Virus record (IMG/VR): IMGVR_UViG_3300017971_004103
Span: 1 to 64,000 of that record
DNA from: a virus
DNA length: 64,000 nt
Strand: one strand, 5' to 3'
Positions 1 through 9,759 of the stretch are shown piece by piece; within the stretch, counting starts at the first letter, position 1, and every line of letters begins with the position of its first letter. The position numbers and the translations under genes were made by a program. The notes beneath the pieces are model-generated. The model searched no databases. It was not told the DNA's origin and worked only from the letters and a program-made list of their open reading frames with translations.

Positions 1-36
1 CCTAATCCTAATCCTAATCCTAATCCTAATCCTAAT
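1..36 (+). repeat. (CCTAAT)x6 coding tandem repeat (Pro-Asn linker)
   Basis: Read directly from the sequence; in frame with the CDS. Confidence 0.95.
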
Positions 37-342
37 CAAAAAAGCACGCCTCCGGCGAGCAAAGCTGCCCCTCTATCTTTATTAGAAATAAAAGACGCAA
101 CCCCTAAAAAGATATTTGAGGAAATAGAGGATGTGACTGAAAGATTATACAATGACGGTTTCAAATCGGCATATGCCTTCAAAAATACTGCATGTAAAAA
201 GAAACTCAACCCAAAAGCTATACTACACGCATTAAAACAATGTGAAAAGCACAAACCCAAGCAACCCTGGGGATACTGTACTGATATTTTAAAAAAGGAA
301 GATGGGAACTATAACGCAGAAGATTTTATGAGGGGGAAATGA
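1..342 (+). CDS. 3' part of a probable phage replication initiator (5'-truncated by the window edge)
   Basis: Frame 1 is open from base 1 (PNPNPNPNPNPNQKSTPPASK...) into ORF 133..342. A low-complexity linker followed by a helical C-terminus with 'PWGYCTDILK' is typical of phage replisome organisers. Confidence 0.55.
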   Translation, partial: PNPNPNPNPNPNQKSTPPASKAAPLSLLEIKDATPKKIFEEIEDVTERLYNDGFKSAYAFKNTACKKKLNPKAILHALKQCEKHKPKQPWGYCTDILKKEDGNYNAEDFMRGK

Positions 343-1151
343 AACTAATAGCGCGGGTATTCCCAAGAAAAACTAGCATGAGTCCAACAGATAAACATGC
401 CTATTTCGGCTTACCACCAATGTTTCCCAAGTATGACGAAGTTCATATCAGCGTAACATTTACTTGGGATATTAAAAGAGGATACTACCTTAAAAAACAA
501 TGGGGAATGGTTTGTGATAATGTCAGGATTGGTGGGCCAGCCCTTAATGATTGCGGTGGTAATTTTGAATCAGGTATGTATCTCAGAAAAGGTGTAGTAA
601 TAACCTCTAGGGGGTGTCCTAATAACTGCTCATTTTGCTTTGTTCCTAAACGGGAAGGGAAAATAAGAGAATTACCAATAATAGAGGGAAATAATATTTT
701 AGATAACAACTTTTTGGCTTGCCCCATAGAACATGTTGTTGCTGTGTTTAGGATGCTTAAAACACAAAAAGGTGTAATATTTTCTGGTGGTATAGAGGCG
801 AAAAGGGTTAATGATCATTTTATTAGAAAGCTAAGAGAAATTAGCTTTAAGCGATTATATCTAGCATATGACCGAGAGGATCAGGAATGCCACGTTGCAA
901 AAGCAAGCATTAAACTAAGAGAATATTTTACAAGAGAACAAATAGGATGTTATGTGCTTATTGGCTATGAAAAGAACAATACACAAACCATTGAGGGTGC
1001 AAAATGGCGTCTTAAAGAAGCGTGGGATTTAGGAACAATGCCGTTTGCTATGCTTTATCAACCAACCGAACATAGAAGATATTCAAAGGAATGGAAGCAA
1101 TTACAAAGAATGTGGACAAGGCCGGCAATTATAAAAAGCATGATGAAATAA
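339..1151 (+). CDS. radical SAM protein
   Basis: TSRGCPNNCSFC (CxxxCxxC) and an ILDNNFLA motif. Confidence 0.85.
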   Translation: MKLIARVFPRKTSMSPTDKHAYFGLPPMFPKYDEVHISVTFTWDIKRGYYLKKQWGMVCDNVRIGGPALNDCGGNFESGMYLRKGVVITSRGCPNNCSFCFVPKREGKIRELPIIEGNNILDNNFLACPIEHVVAVFRMLKTQKGVIFSGGIEAKRVNDHFIRKLREISFKRLYLAYDREDQECHVAKASIKLREYFTREQIGCYVLIGYEKNNTQTIEGAKWRLKEAWDLGTMPFAMLYQPTEHRRYSKEWKQLQRMWTRPAIIKSMMK

Positions 1152-1152
1152 A

Positions 1153-1656
1153 ATGACCAAACCAGACCTCCTTAAAAAATGGGCCAATGAAAACGTTGAT
1201 ACTCTAGGTAAAGATGTCATTGATATTGTGGACTCTCAGACTAAGCTATGGAGTGAGAAGAAGCCGGAGCAGGAAAACGGACTCACACCAATTAAAGGTA
1301 TAATACAAGAAGCAATTAACCAAACAAAAGAGAAATCATCAAGCGCAGAGAATATTTTAGCAGAGGCACTACTCAAAGCAGGATTATCATTTCAAAGACA
1401 ATATCCTATTTCACCATATGAGAAACCCGATGGTGGTACGGGCGCAAGATACTACCTAGATTTCTTGATTAATGAAACCCTTAATGTAGAGATATCCGGC
1501 GAAGTGTGGCACGACAAGGAACAGGACAAAATAAGAGACACCTATCTTAAAAAAATGGGATATGAGGTTGTAAGATTTCCTGTGTCCCAAGTGTATTTTG
1601 ATGTTGAATCAATAACTGAACACATAAAAAAAATATTTGATAGGATAGGAGGGTAG
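1153..1656 (+). CDS. DUF559/Vsr-like endonuclease domain protein
   Basis: SSAE..LAEAL...FQRQYPI...YYLDF...VEISGEVWH...RDTYLKKMGYEVVRF. Confidence 0.75.
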   Translation: MTKPDLLKKWANENVDTLGKDVIDIVDSQTKLWSEKKPEQENGLTPIKGIIQEAINQTKEKSSSAENILAEALLKAGLSFQRQYPISPYEKPDGGTGARYYLDFLINETLNVEISGEVWHDKEQDKIRDTYLKKMGYEVVRFPVSQVYFDVESITEHIKKIFDRIGG

Positions 1657-1660
1657 GGGG

Positions 1661-1879
1661 ATGATTGGATTAAGGGAATCAAACATAGGATTTCCAGATT
1701 GTGCAAAATGGTGTCGCATAGTAGATGAATTTGGAGTTTGTGAGTGTGAATCAGTGTGTCCTCATAAGTTTCCTGCTGAAAGATTTATTGATAAAGTAAT
1801 GATATTAGGATATTTGGAAAAGAAAATGAAAGAACAGTTTGATAGTATAGGAGGGCAAGATGGCAGTAGAACTTCCTAA
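1661..1879 (+). CDS. hypothetical Cys-rich protein
   Basis: ORF with strong SD, tightly packed with its neighbours. Confidence 0.55.
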   Translation: MIGLRESNIGFPDCAKWCRIVDEFGVCECESVCPHKFPAERFIDKVMILGYLEKKMKEQFDSIGGQDGSRTS

Positions 1880-2042
1880 AGACTTAGCCGAGGAAATTGC
1901 AGATGAACTTAGCATATATGATATAGCAGAAGAACATGAAGAAGATTGTAACTGTAGAGTTTGTTTTGTCATTGGCCTAACCAAAAGGATTAGGGACTCA
2001 AGAGACAGTGAATTGGTTTTAAGCGGAAGAAAAATAATTTGA
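1860..2042 (+). CDS. hypothetical protein
   Basis: ORF with GGAGG SD, overlapping the previous gene. Confidence 0.55.
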   Translation: MAVELPKDLAEEIADELSIYDIAEEHEEDCNCRVCFVIGLTKRIRDSRDSELVLSGRKII

Positions 2043-2111
2043 TAGGATAGGGAGGATGATAAGAGTGAGGTTATTGGGATTGAAATAATAGATAAAAGAG
2101 GAGGATAGGAG

Positions 2112-2405
2112 ATGAAAAAGTATAGAAAAAAACCAGTGGTTATAGAAGCGTATCAATTTACAAGAGATATTATAGAAAGACATCTGTTTGATGATGAACC
2201 ATTGCCCGACGGAATATAGTTGAGTAACGCACATTACCATAAAGAAAATAGGGTAATTACAAGATACACAATAAGAGTTGACACTCTGGAAGGTGAAACC
2301 TATAAGGTTGAAGAAGGAGATTGGATAATTAAAGGAGTTAAAGGGGAATATTATCCGTGTAAACCAGATATATTTGAGCAAACTTATGAAGAGGTAGGGA
2401 GATGA
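2112..2405 (+). pseudogene. common small phage protein (MKKYRKKPVVIEA...[20 protein letters not shown]) interrupted by an in-frame TAG at 2217-2219
   Basis: The family-typical N- and C-terminal motifs lie in one frame on either side of a single TAG. Confidence 0.75.
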
Positions 2406-2575
2406 AAGATCATATCTGGGTTATAGAGGCAAAGCGGGGTGACGGAAATTGGCAACCTACAATAGCCTTTATCGACGAAACAAAAAAAAGTTGTGAAAAA
2501 TTTATAAAGGAAATGAAAGAGGTAAATTATAACGAGAGAATGAGAGTAAAAAAATATAGGAGGGTAGGGAGATGA
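2402..2575 (+). CDS. hypothetical 57-aa protein (below the ORF-track cutoff)
   Basis: [12 protein letters not shown]...YRRVGR, ATGA-coupled at both ends. Confidence 0.55.
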   Translation: MKDHIWVIEAKRGDGNWQPTIAFIDETKKSCEKFIKEMKEVNYNERMRVKKYRRVGR

Positions 2576-2844
2576 AATTGTTGATTGAAAAACTGGCTGA
2601 GTTTATAGGGAGGAATGAGGGAGAAAACTATGATAAATTACCAGAAATCGAAAAGGAAAGTTTAAGATTTGAAGCAAGGAGCTTGATAGGTTTTCTCAAG
2701 GTAAACGATTATAGAATAATATGGGGGAAGACAATGATTGAATATAGATGTGGGTGTGGATGGGTTGAATGGGCGCATGAAAAAAACAAGTATTTATTAT
2801 GTCCCACGTGTGGTGGTAGGGTATCTCAAAAATTTGTTGATTAA
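2572..2844 (+). CDS. hypothetical protein with C-terminal zinc ribbon
   Basis: YRCGCG...CPTCGG. Confidence 0.6.
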   Translation: MKLLIEKLAEFIGRNEGENYDKLPEIEKESLRFEARSLIGFLKVNDYRIIWGKTMIEYRCGCGWVEWAHEKNKYLLCPTCGGRVSQKFVD

Positions 2845-2853
2845 GGAGGAAAA

Positions 2854-3339
2854 ATGGAAAATCCAAGTTATAGTAAAGTTGGGAATGTTGGTATATATGA
2901 AGCACTACCAGAAGACTGCGCTGTTTGTCATAGTGCTAAAATGGGCACGATATTGGTAGAGGAATGCATAGGAGGGGTGTTTCAAGGGCCGGTGTGTTTG
3001 GACTGTTTATTAGCTAATAATATATCGGGCCAAGAGGCAGGAATTAATTTAGCTCATAAGATTGCAGAACATCTGATAGATTCGTCCGCCGAAAAATTAA
3101 TGATACCCGTAGAGATAGAAGACGAAGTTGTTTTAGTAATCGCCAAAAGGATTTATGGGAAAAAGTATTGTTGCCACGATGGGTGTGAAAATGATGCTGA
3201 GTTTATTGTTACATATAACAATAGACGTGATCCAGACAATGAAACACATGCTTGTATGGAGCATGTAGGAGAGATGCTTGGAACGGTAATGGGACACGAA
3301 GAATGTTGTTCGTGGACTGTAACAAGGATAGGGGGGTAG
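2854..3339 (+). CDS. hypothetical Cys-rich protein
   Basis: AAGGAGG SD; several CxxC-like motifs. Confidence 0.6.
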   Translation: MENPSYSKVGNVGIYEALPEDCAVCHSAKMGTILVEECIGGVFQGPVCLDCLLANNISGQEAGINLAHKIAEHLIDSSAEKLMIPVEIEDEVVLVIAKRIYGKKYCCHDGCENDAEFIVTYNNRRDPDNETHACMEHVGEMLGTVMGHEECCSWTVTRIGG

Positions 3340-3343
3340 GGGG

Positions 3344-3574
3344 ATGAGTGATAATGAAATATTAGATAGCCCAAAAGTATTGAAACAACAGATAAAGCAA
3401 TTAGGCATAAATTGTGATTGGTTGCTGAGTAAATTTTTTATTTTACATCGTGTATTAAATCTCCCCGCGATTGGAGCCTGGCAAGATACGGTAGAACAAG
3501 TGGTTGAACACGTAAAGAAGATTAGTAAAAAGGATTCAAGGGGATGTCTACTCAGAGACAGGGAGGAGAAATGA
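3344..3574 (+). CDS. hypothetical protein
   Basis: ORF with SD inside the packed early cluster. Confidence 0.5.
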   Translation: MSDNEILDSPKVLKQQIKQLGINCDWLLSKFFILHRVLNLPAIGAWQDTVEQVVEHVKKISKKDSRGCLLRDREEK

Positions 3575-3874
3575 AAAAGACAATATGTTGTAGGAACTGC
3601 GACCATTACAAAGACTGGTTTTGTAGACTAAAAGACAGAATGGTCTATGATCCAGAGGAAAGGCCGGTGTGGTGTCCACTTAAAGGCAAGGAATAGGAAT
3701 GAAAAATAAAGTAGGAATGTATAGATTTTATAATTGTGATTTATGTAAGCATGGAGATTATTTTGCATTATGTGAAAAACATGCAAAGGAGATGATTGTA
3801 CCACAAAATTGTGTGCTTGAAAAAATAGTCGAAAATGCAAATCTACAACAATGCATAGAATGTGAGGAGGAGAA

Positions 3875-4078
3875 ATGAAAGGAATAGAGCAAAGCAAGAT
3901 AGATGAATTGAGCAACTTTTTGCTTGGTTATTTGACAGCGGTAATTGTGGGGAAGTGCATAAAGTGTATGGAAGAAAAAGGGAGTGTAAGCATCAAAGAT
4001 ATATTACCCGAAAACGATACTCTATCCCAAGTAATAACTGAATGGTTAGAGGATAGAGATATATCAATATTATTTTGA
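3875..4078 (+). CDS. hypothetical protein
   Basis: GAGGAGG SD. Confidence 0.5.
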   Translation: MKGIEQSKIDELSNFLLGYLTAVIVGKCIKCMEEKGSVSIKDILPENDTLSQVITEWLEDRDISILF

Positions 4079-4085
4079 GGGTGAA

Positions 4086-4484
4086 GTGAATCACTATAGT
4101 TTTGAAATCTTGGGAAATCCAGTGCCACAGGGGAGACCACGGGCGTATCGCAGGGGCAAACTCATTGGCGTTTATGACCCCAAAAACTCAAGAGAATGGA
4201 AAAATTATGTTAAAACAAAACTATCATTTTGCGAGAACAAACCTGTAACGCCTATTGATACCGCAATAAAAGTAAGAATGATATTTTATTTTCTAAAACC
4301 GAAATCTAAACCGAAAAAGGTTGTCTCGCATACTGTGAGGCCGGATTTATCAAATTGTATCAAAGCAATCGAGGACGCAATGAATGGAATTATTTACACA
4401 GACGACAGCAGGATTATTTCTCTTTTAGCAGAAAAGTATTATGGTGAAAGACCGGGGGTAAAGATTGATGTATGGAGAATTTAA
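4086..4484 (+). CDS. rusA: RusA-family Holliday junction resolvase
   Basis: GNPVPQGRPR...RPDLSNCIKAIEDAMNGIIYTDDSRI. Confidence 0.9.
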   Translation: MNHYSFEILGNPVPQGRPRAYRRGKLIGVYDPKNSREWKNYVKTKLSFCENKPVTPIDTAIKVRMIFYFLKPKSKPKKVVSHTVRPDLSNCIKAIEDAMNGIIYTDDSRIISLLAEKYYGERPGVKIDVWRI

Positions 4485-4505
4485 AACTATTAAGAAGAAT
4501 GGGGA

Positions 4506-4784
4506 ATGAGAAAAATCTTAAAAACAAAGAAAAATAGAATGCCGGGAATCATTGCAATAATGAAGGACATCATCATTATCGATAGAACCCTTAAAATGGA
4601 TGAGGTTGATTATCATAGAAATTTTCATTGTCCTCATTACGATGCATGTTTAGTGAAGGCAAATAAATAAATCTACGAATTGTATCGGAACAATGGTCGT
4701 ATAAAGATGATCCCAGAGCATTCTTTTAGTTGTATGAATTGTGGAAATGGGGGGGGCAAAATTGCTAAGACTGCCGAGACATAG
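4506..4784 (+). pseudogene. possible 4-Cys zinc-binding protein split by an in-frame TAA at 4668-4670
   Basis: HCPHYDACL precedes the stop and FSCMNC follows it in the same frame. Confidence 0.4.
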
Positions 4785-4934
4785 GATTGGTGATATGGAG
4801 GAAGTGTTTAACCGGTGGATTAAAAGAATAAAAAAAATTAGAAAGATGCGTAAATTCAAAGAAGGCAAACACAATACCTTTAAAATCTATCGCACAATAG
4901 AACCGGAACGGGGGAATAGAATCTTAAGGATTAC

Positions 4935-5570
4935 ATGATGAATTACCTCAATCAATTTCTTCAATTGATATGTTGTACAGATGTATTGGAAGTAGTAAAT
5001 CCACTCGGCAATAAAGCAGTAAAAGAAATCACCGAGTCTATGGCAATGATTAGGCCGATTAAAAAAATAACATTAGCAGAGCCGATGAAATATGGATTAG
5101 TTGACTTTTGTGCGGGAAATGCACTTACATCTGTTTTGGCCGTTTATCTTGCGAAGGTAGCATGGGCAGTAGCGATTGACAAAAGGGAAAGAAAACGAAA
5201 GTGGAATAAGGTTAGGCGATTCAATTATTTGAATGCAGATATTGTTTCCGACATCGATATCACCAAATGGAATAATGATAATTTTGCACTTATTGCGAAA
5301 CCCAAAATATTTATTGCCGTCCATGCCTGTGGTAGATTGTCGGAACGGGTTATAGAACTATATAATGAATGTAAATCAGCACAGCACTTAATAATGATGC
5401 CATGTTGCGAGGATAATTTTAAAAAGAATAATAATGAAAGGGGATTGAATAACATACTGACAAAATATCAGTTATGGGTTTATCATCTTGCAAAAAAATG
5501 CAATGGCTATTTTTATTTTGATAAATATTGTATGTCACCAAAGAATGGAATAATTGTGGCATCGAAATAA
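4935..5570 (+). CDS. class I SAM-dependent methyltransferase-like protein
   Basis: LVDFCAGNALT (motif I), AVHACGRLS, MMPCC. Confidence 0.7.
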   Translation: MMNYLNQFLQLICCTDVLEVVNPLGNKAVKEITESMAMIRPIKKITLAEPMKYGLVDFCAGNALTSVLAVYLAKVAWAVAIDKRERKRKWNKVRRFNYLNADIVSDIDITKWNNDNFALIAKPKIFIAVHACGRLSERVIELYNECKSAQHLIMMPCCEDNFKKNNNERGLNNILTKYQLWVYHLAKKCNGYFYFDKYCMSPKNGIIVASK

Positions 5571-5587
5571 TATCCCGGGGGTAGAAA

Positions 5588-5905
5588 ATGAAAAATTTAC
5601 TTCTAACACCGAAGCTAGGTGAAATATACAAAAATTATATTAAGTCTAAAACCTGTATTATCTGCGGCAAAATGGGGGTTGATCCACACCATCTTGAGGC
5701 ACGCGGCATGGGTGGGAAAAACAAAACAAGCTGGAAGGATTATACATGTGTTCCATTGCACCATAGATATCATGTGGAGCTTGATAACATAGGAATAGAA
5801 AGATTTGTAGAAAAATATCGGGTCAGACTAGAACCCGTAGAAAAAAATATTTTACTTGGTCATGCATTTAAATATTTCAGGGAATTCATTTTAACTGAGG
5901 GATGA
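5588..5905 (+). CDS. HNH-like nuclease (DUF968/Ref-like)
   Basis: CIICG...DPHHL...CVPLHHRYH. Confidence 0.65.
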   Translation: MKNLLLTPKLGEIYKNYIKSKTCIICGKMGVDPHHLEARGMGGKNKTSWKDYTCVPLHHRYHVELDNIGIERFVEKYRVRLEPVEKNILLGHAFKYFREFILTEG

Positions 5906-5978
5906 CTATGAAAATTATAGATATAAAAGACCATAAAAACGATAGCAAAGTACAAAGCATTAAACGGAGGATAAAAAC

Positions 5979-6731
5979 ATGCAGGAATTAGTTAGATTAA
6001 CAAATCACTCGGTAGCGCAGAAAATTCAACTTACACCGAATGCACTCAGGATAAATGGTGTGCTATCGCTTGAAGAATGGGAATATGGTGGAATGGGATT
6101 ATCTTGTATCGAAGATGGAATAAATTTTTGGGTTGGCGATCATCTTAATTATGGTGATGATAATTTTGAAGAATTCAGCCAGGCACTCGAATGGTACATC
6201 GAGAAACTTGGGAAAGCAGAAAGAACGCTTATGAAGTATATGTATGTATGCAGACGCATACCACCAGACCGGCGTCGGAATTTATCTTTTAGTCATCACG
6301 AGGAAGTGATTAGGGTATCTGATGATGAAAAGATGTATCAATTCCTAGATATTGCGGAAAGGGATAAATTGCCCGTAAAGGGGGAGGGGAGCTTAAGGGA
6401 ATTAATTGATACATTTCTTGGAGAAACATTACCCACACTTACCCTTAAAAAGTTTCTCGATAGTATTATTAAAAAAATAGACAGCGGTGAAAATGAGTTG
6501 GGGAAGGAACAATATTATGAGGCATTAAAGAAAATTCAAGAAGTAGTATTAAACAATTTCAATAGGCTATCTATTGAACTTGGTATAGAAATCCCCGCCG
6601 ATTGTTCACATGAAAATTGCAAAAAGCCTGAACAAAAGGAGAAAACAGAAATTACCCACAATGGCAATATAGTAAAAATGAATGCCAAAACCGAGGAGTT
6701 CATTAATAGGCACCTCAAAAAAGGATTGTAA
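5979..6731 (+). CDS. LmbU-like DNA-binding protein
   Basis: FWVGDHLNYG and RRRNLSFSHHEEV resemble LmbU-family motifs. Confidence 0.55.
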   Translation: MQELVRLTNHSVAQKIQLTPNALRINGVLSLEEWEYGGMGLSCIEDGINFWVGDHLNYGDDNFEEFSQALEWYIEKLGKAERTLMKYMYVCRRIPPDRRRNLSFSHHEEVIRVSDDEKMYQFLDIAERDKLPVKGEGSLRELIDTFLGETLPTLTLKKFLDSIIKKIDSGENELGKEQYYEALKKIQEVVLNNFNRLSIELGIEIPADCSHENCKKPEQKEKTEITHNGNIVKMNAKTEEFINRHLKKGL

Positions 6732-6732
6732 A

Positions 6733-6966
6733 ATGGAAAACAATAAAGCACTTGCATTGACAGAGTTATTAAAACTTAGAGAACAAAAGATTGCACTGCA
6801 AGAAAGAATTACAAAATATCTTCACGCTGAAATGGAGGAATTTCACGAACAGACTGGTTTTGGGATAAGGACTATTAGTGTAACTATTTATGAAGGCAGG
6901 ATATTTGGACAGGTTGAAAAAGAATATAGTTTGGCGGAAGTAAGTGTGTCCTTGGAGGATATTTAA
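6733..6966 (+). CDS. hypothetical protein
   Basis: The ATG at 6733 directly follows the upstream stop. Confidence 0.55.
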   Translation: MENNKALALTELLKLREQKIALQERITKYLHAEMEEFHEQTGFGIRTISVTIYEGRIFGQVEKEYSLAEVSVSLEDI

Positions 6967-6974
6967 TAGGGAGG

Positions 6975-7190
6975 GTGGGAATCATGAGTACATTAAAGAT
7001 AATAGGTTTCTGTGTGGGATGGGGCCCCATAATTATAGCCGCTATTTTTATGACGGGTGAGATATGTTCAGAAAGTGATGATAATATATGGAGGGTTATT
7101 GTAAATGGATTAAAGACTTTCGGGGGCTCACTATTGATCGTTATTTGGTTGGTTGGTGCAGTTATTTTAATGTGCTATAAAGGGGAATAA
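6975..7190 (+). CDS. small two-TM membrane protein
   Basis: Two hydrophobic segments; GGAGG SD. Confidence 0.55.
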   Translation: MGIMSTLKIIGFCVGWGPIIIAAIFMTGEICSESDDNIWRVIVNGLKTFGGSLLIVIWLVGAVILMCYKGE

Positions 7191-7398
7191 TTATGATAGA
7201 CAAAGGATGCATCGAAATAATCAAGATGGTAATTAAGCAGAACGAAGAAGTTTTGCAGATGAATACACACTTAATTAAGCATCTTTCAATACCAATGCTC
7301 CACGTGAAAATAGAGAATATAAACTCTATGATAAATATTCCTGGCGCAGCTCATATCGTGGAATATAAAAAATAACTAAAGGATAAATAGGAGGTATT

Positions 7399-7800
7399 AT
7401 GGCTGGTGTAAATAAAGTAATCTTGATTGGACGGCTAGGGGCAGACCCGGAAGTAAAATACACAAATAGTGGAACACCTATAGCTAATTTTAATATAGCC
7501 ACCAGTACAAGTTTCACTAACAAAAGCGGAGAGAAGGTAGAAAATACAGAATGGCATCGCATTGTTGCCTTTGGTAGGTTGGGAGAGATTTGTGGCGAGT
7601 ACCTTATGAAGGGGAAGCAGGTGTATATTGAAGGAAGACTACAGACGAGGGAATGGGAAGATAGGGATGGCAATAAACGGTGGACGACTGAAATAGTGGC
7701 AAATACTATGCAGATGTTGGGAGATCGGGGGGCGGGAACGGAACAACCGGGGCAAGAGCAACCTGCCGACGTCGGCACGGAAGATGATGTTTTATTTTAA
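7399..7800 (+). CDS. ssb: single-stranded DNA-binding protein
   Basis: [15 protein letters not shown]...TEWHRIV...[13 protein letters not shown] and an acidic DDVLF tail. Confidence 0.97.
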   Translation: MAGVNKVILIGRLGADPEVKYTNSGTPIANFNIATSTSFTNKSGEKVENTEWHRIVAFGRLGEICGEYLMKGKQVYIEGRLQTREWEDRDGNKRWTTEIVANTMQMLGDRGAGTEQPGQEQPADVGTEDDVLF

Positions 7801-7820
7801 AAAGTGAAGATATATAGAAA

Positions 7821-8033
7821 ATGAACCAAGAAGATATGTTTAGGGCTGTAATTGAGTGGGCCCATGAGCAGGTGAAGCACAAGGGAAACTTTCTCTTAGT
7901 TAGGGGGAAAATAGTTATAGACCTTGAATTTCCAACAAGGAATGGTCAAATCCAGTGGGATGCAAGGAAAGAAATGAAAAATAAGATAAACTCTGAAGAA
8001 ACAAAAATTGAACCCGAAATAAGATTTGCGTAA
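7821..8033 (+). CDS. hypothetical protein
   Basis: ORF in a packed cluster. Confidence 0.45.
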   Translation: MNQEDMFRAVIEWAHEQVKHKGNFLLVRGKIVIDLEFPTRNGQIQWDARKEMKNKINSEETKIEPEIRFA

Positions 8034-8598
8034 ACACAGGAAAATTATAATGGCTATAATAGGAAGACGATATCAAAAGTATTTAAATTTATCATCTATG
8101 GAATCACCCGAGCATTTAAAGGGATATCATATTTTTAATCCTGGTGATATGGCAGAAGTAACGGGTAATGGTGGTGTTTATAATTCGTCAATAGAGTATA
8201 GTAATTTGTTGGGCGCAGATATGGAAAAGGTATATCTTAATTGCTCAAAGCATGAAAGAACATTGCCGAATTGTGAATTTATTGTAGGTAGAAGAGTGAA
8301 AGTTATAAATCGGGCATTTTGGGGGGATTGTGGTACAAAAATATGCCTTATAGAAGTTGACGGCTGGCAATTTATTATTGATATGGAATATTTAAAACTC
8401 ATAAAACCTATAAATAGGGGGATTAGTATGAACAAGACAATAGTTGAATTATTTCCAGTTACAGAAGAAGCGGTTCTTGTAGCAGAACAATTTAGTGCCG
8501 CCTTTGAATTGCCTTTGGCAAAAATAATATTCAAGGGCAAGGAAGAAGAAATATTGAAATTGGCAAGAAGAGAGGCAAAAGAAAAGGAAAATAAATAG
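8026..8598 (+). CDS. hypothetical protein
   Basis: 190-aa ORF; possible internal start at 8428. Confidence 0.5.
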   Translation: MRKHRKIIMAIIGRRYQKYLNLSSMESPEHLKGYHIFNPGDMAEVTGNGGVYNSSIEYSNLLGADMEKVYLNCSKHERTLPNCEFIVGRRVKVINRAFWGDCGTKICLIEVDGWQFIIDMEYLKLIKPINRGISMNKTIVELFPVTEEAVLVAEQFSAAFELPLAKIIFKGKEEEILKLARREAKEKENK

Positions 8599-8710
8599 CA
8601 TTCTATGCTTGGGGTTAAAATGCAGCGCCCACTACTATTAGTAGCGGCATAACATAAAAAGACACCCACCCTTAATAAGGCGGTTTCTTTCAACAGGAGG
8701 AGATCGTCTT

Positions 8711-8962
8711 ATGTCTATTATTCTATCAGAAGAAGAAAAAGCCTTTCTCAAGAAGCTTTCCAAAATACTCACCCTACAAGAAAAACAAGTTTTTCGGGCA
8801 AAAATTTTAGGATTAAAACAGGGAGAAATTGCCTTTATTTTAGGTATTTCGCAACAAACAGTATCACGCAAGCTAAAAAAAGTTGAAAGCAATGTGAGTA
8901 AAAAGGCGCAAACTTCCCCTATATATAGGAGGGATAATATCTATTATGTCACGAGAAAATAA
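8711..8962 (+). CDS. sigma70 region 4 / LuxR-type HTH regulator
   Basis: LTLQEKQVF...GLKQGEIAFILGISQQTVSRKL; AGGAGG SD. Confidence 0.8.
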   Translation: MSIILSEEEKAFLKKLSKILTLQEKQVFRAKILGLKQGEIAFILGISQQTVSRKLKKVESNVSKKAQTSPIYRRDNIYYVTRK

Positions 8963-9269
8963 AAAATATGTTCAAGTAGACCCGGATAGTCTCGGAGATA
9001 TTTTAATAAACCCAAGAGGAACCTATCGCTATCGTTGTGGTGTAGACCCACTAAACGACCCAGAACGGGAATTGATGTGTGATAGAAATTGGGTTTTGGA
9101 AAGACAATTTTATAGCAATGAATCTGGAAAGTTGAGCTGTAGATGTATAAGGGGCAATTGTAGACACAAAAATCATCTTTGTAAACCAATAAGGTTTGAA
9201 CGAATTATTGAAGATAAAACAATTCAATTTAATTATGCTCGTGGAGCATTGTTAAGAGATTGTTTTTAA
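8946..9269 (+). CDS. hypothetical Cys-containing protein
   Basis: GGAGG SD; ORF track. Confidence 0.5.
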   Translation: MSRENKKYVQVDPDSLGDILINPRGTYRYRCGVDPLNDPERELMCDRNWVLERQFYSNESGKLSCRCIRGNCRHKNHLCKPIRFERIIEDKTIQFNYARGALLRDCF

Positions 9270-9393
9270 AATATGGCCTCAATGGTGACACCCATGTCCT
9301 ACCAGGGCAAGGCCAATATAGCGGGTTTGGTGGGCTTCCCGCTTGGTAAGCAAAACACCACACCTTTAAAAGCCTAAAGAGGAGCGCTCCTTA

Positions 9394-9759
9394 TTGGCAT
9401 TCAAATCGATCTACTCAGCCCTGTATACCTATTTTGATGATTATGCGGGCTATCCCGGCTCGCTTTATCCCGATGGAGATAGGGTAGATCGCAGTATCAC
9501 GCAAAACACCAAAAATCTTGATAATCTGGCAACAATCGGATTCTACATCAAGCAGTTAGATCCCAACCATAAACTTGTTCTTTTATATTCCTTCAAATTT
9601 AACAAGAGTGATCAGGAAACTGCACACATAATTAATTATCAAACCCATTCAAAGAATTGGGATAGCAAAAACACGCGGAAAATGAGGAATAAAATTGTGA
9701 GGGAGCTTGATGAAAAGTTCAGGGAAATCGGATTAATCGAGAAAAAAGATGTTTTTTGA
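9394..9759 (+). CDS. putative late-gene transcription regulator (sigma region 4 / Q-like)
   Basis: QLDPNHKLVLLYSF..NKSDQETAHII HTH-like segment; located before the lysis/packaging genes. Confidence 0.45.
   Translation: MAFKSIYSALYTYFDDYAGYPGSLYPDGDRVDRSITQNTKNLDNLATIGFYIKQLDPNHKLVLLYSFKFNKSDQETAHIINYQTHSKNWDSKNTRKMRNKIVRELDEKFREIGLIEKKDVF

Noticed and set aside
1-36. Telomere-like (CCTAAT)n repeat at the window start
   Set aside because: It is in frame with a CDS and encodes a Pro-Asn linker; its position at base 1 just reflects the window cut.
2112-4784. Genome-wide stop-codon reassignment
   Set aside because: Only two interrupted genes were seen, with different stops (TAG, TAA). TAG, TGA and TAA all terminate well-defined genes, and there is no suppressor tRNA.
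9273-9320. HDV-like/theta ribozyme
   Set aside because: No GG for P1.1 follows the P1-like stem, and there is no recognisable J4/2.
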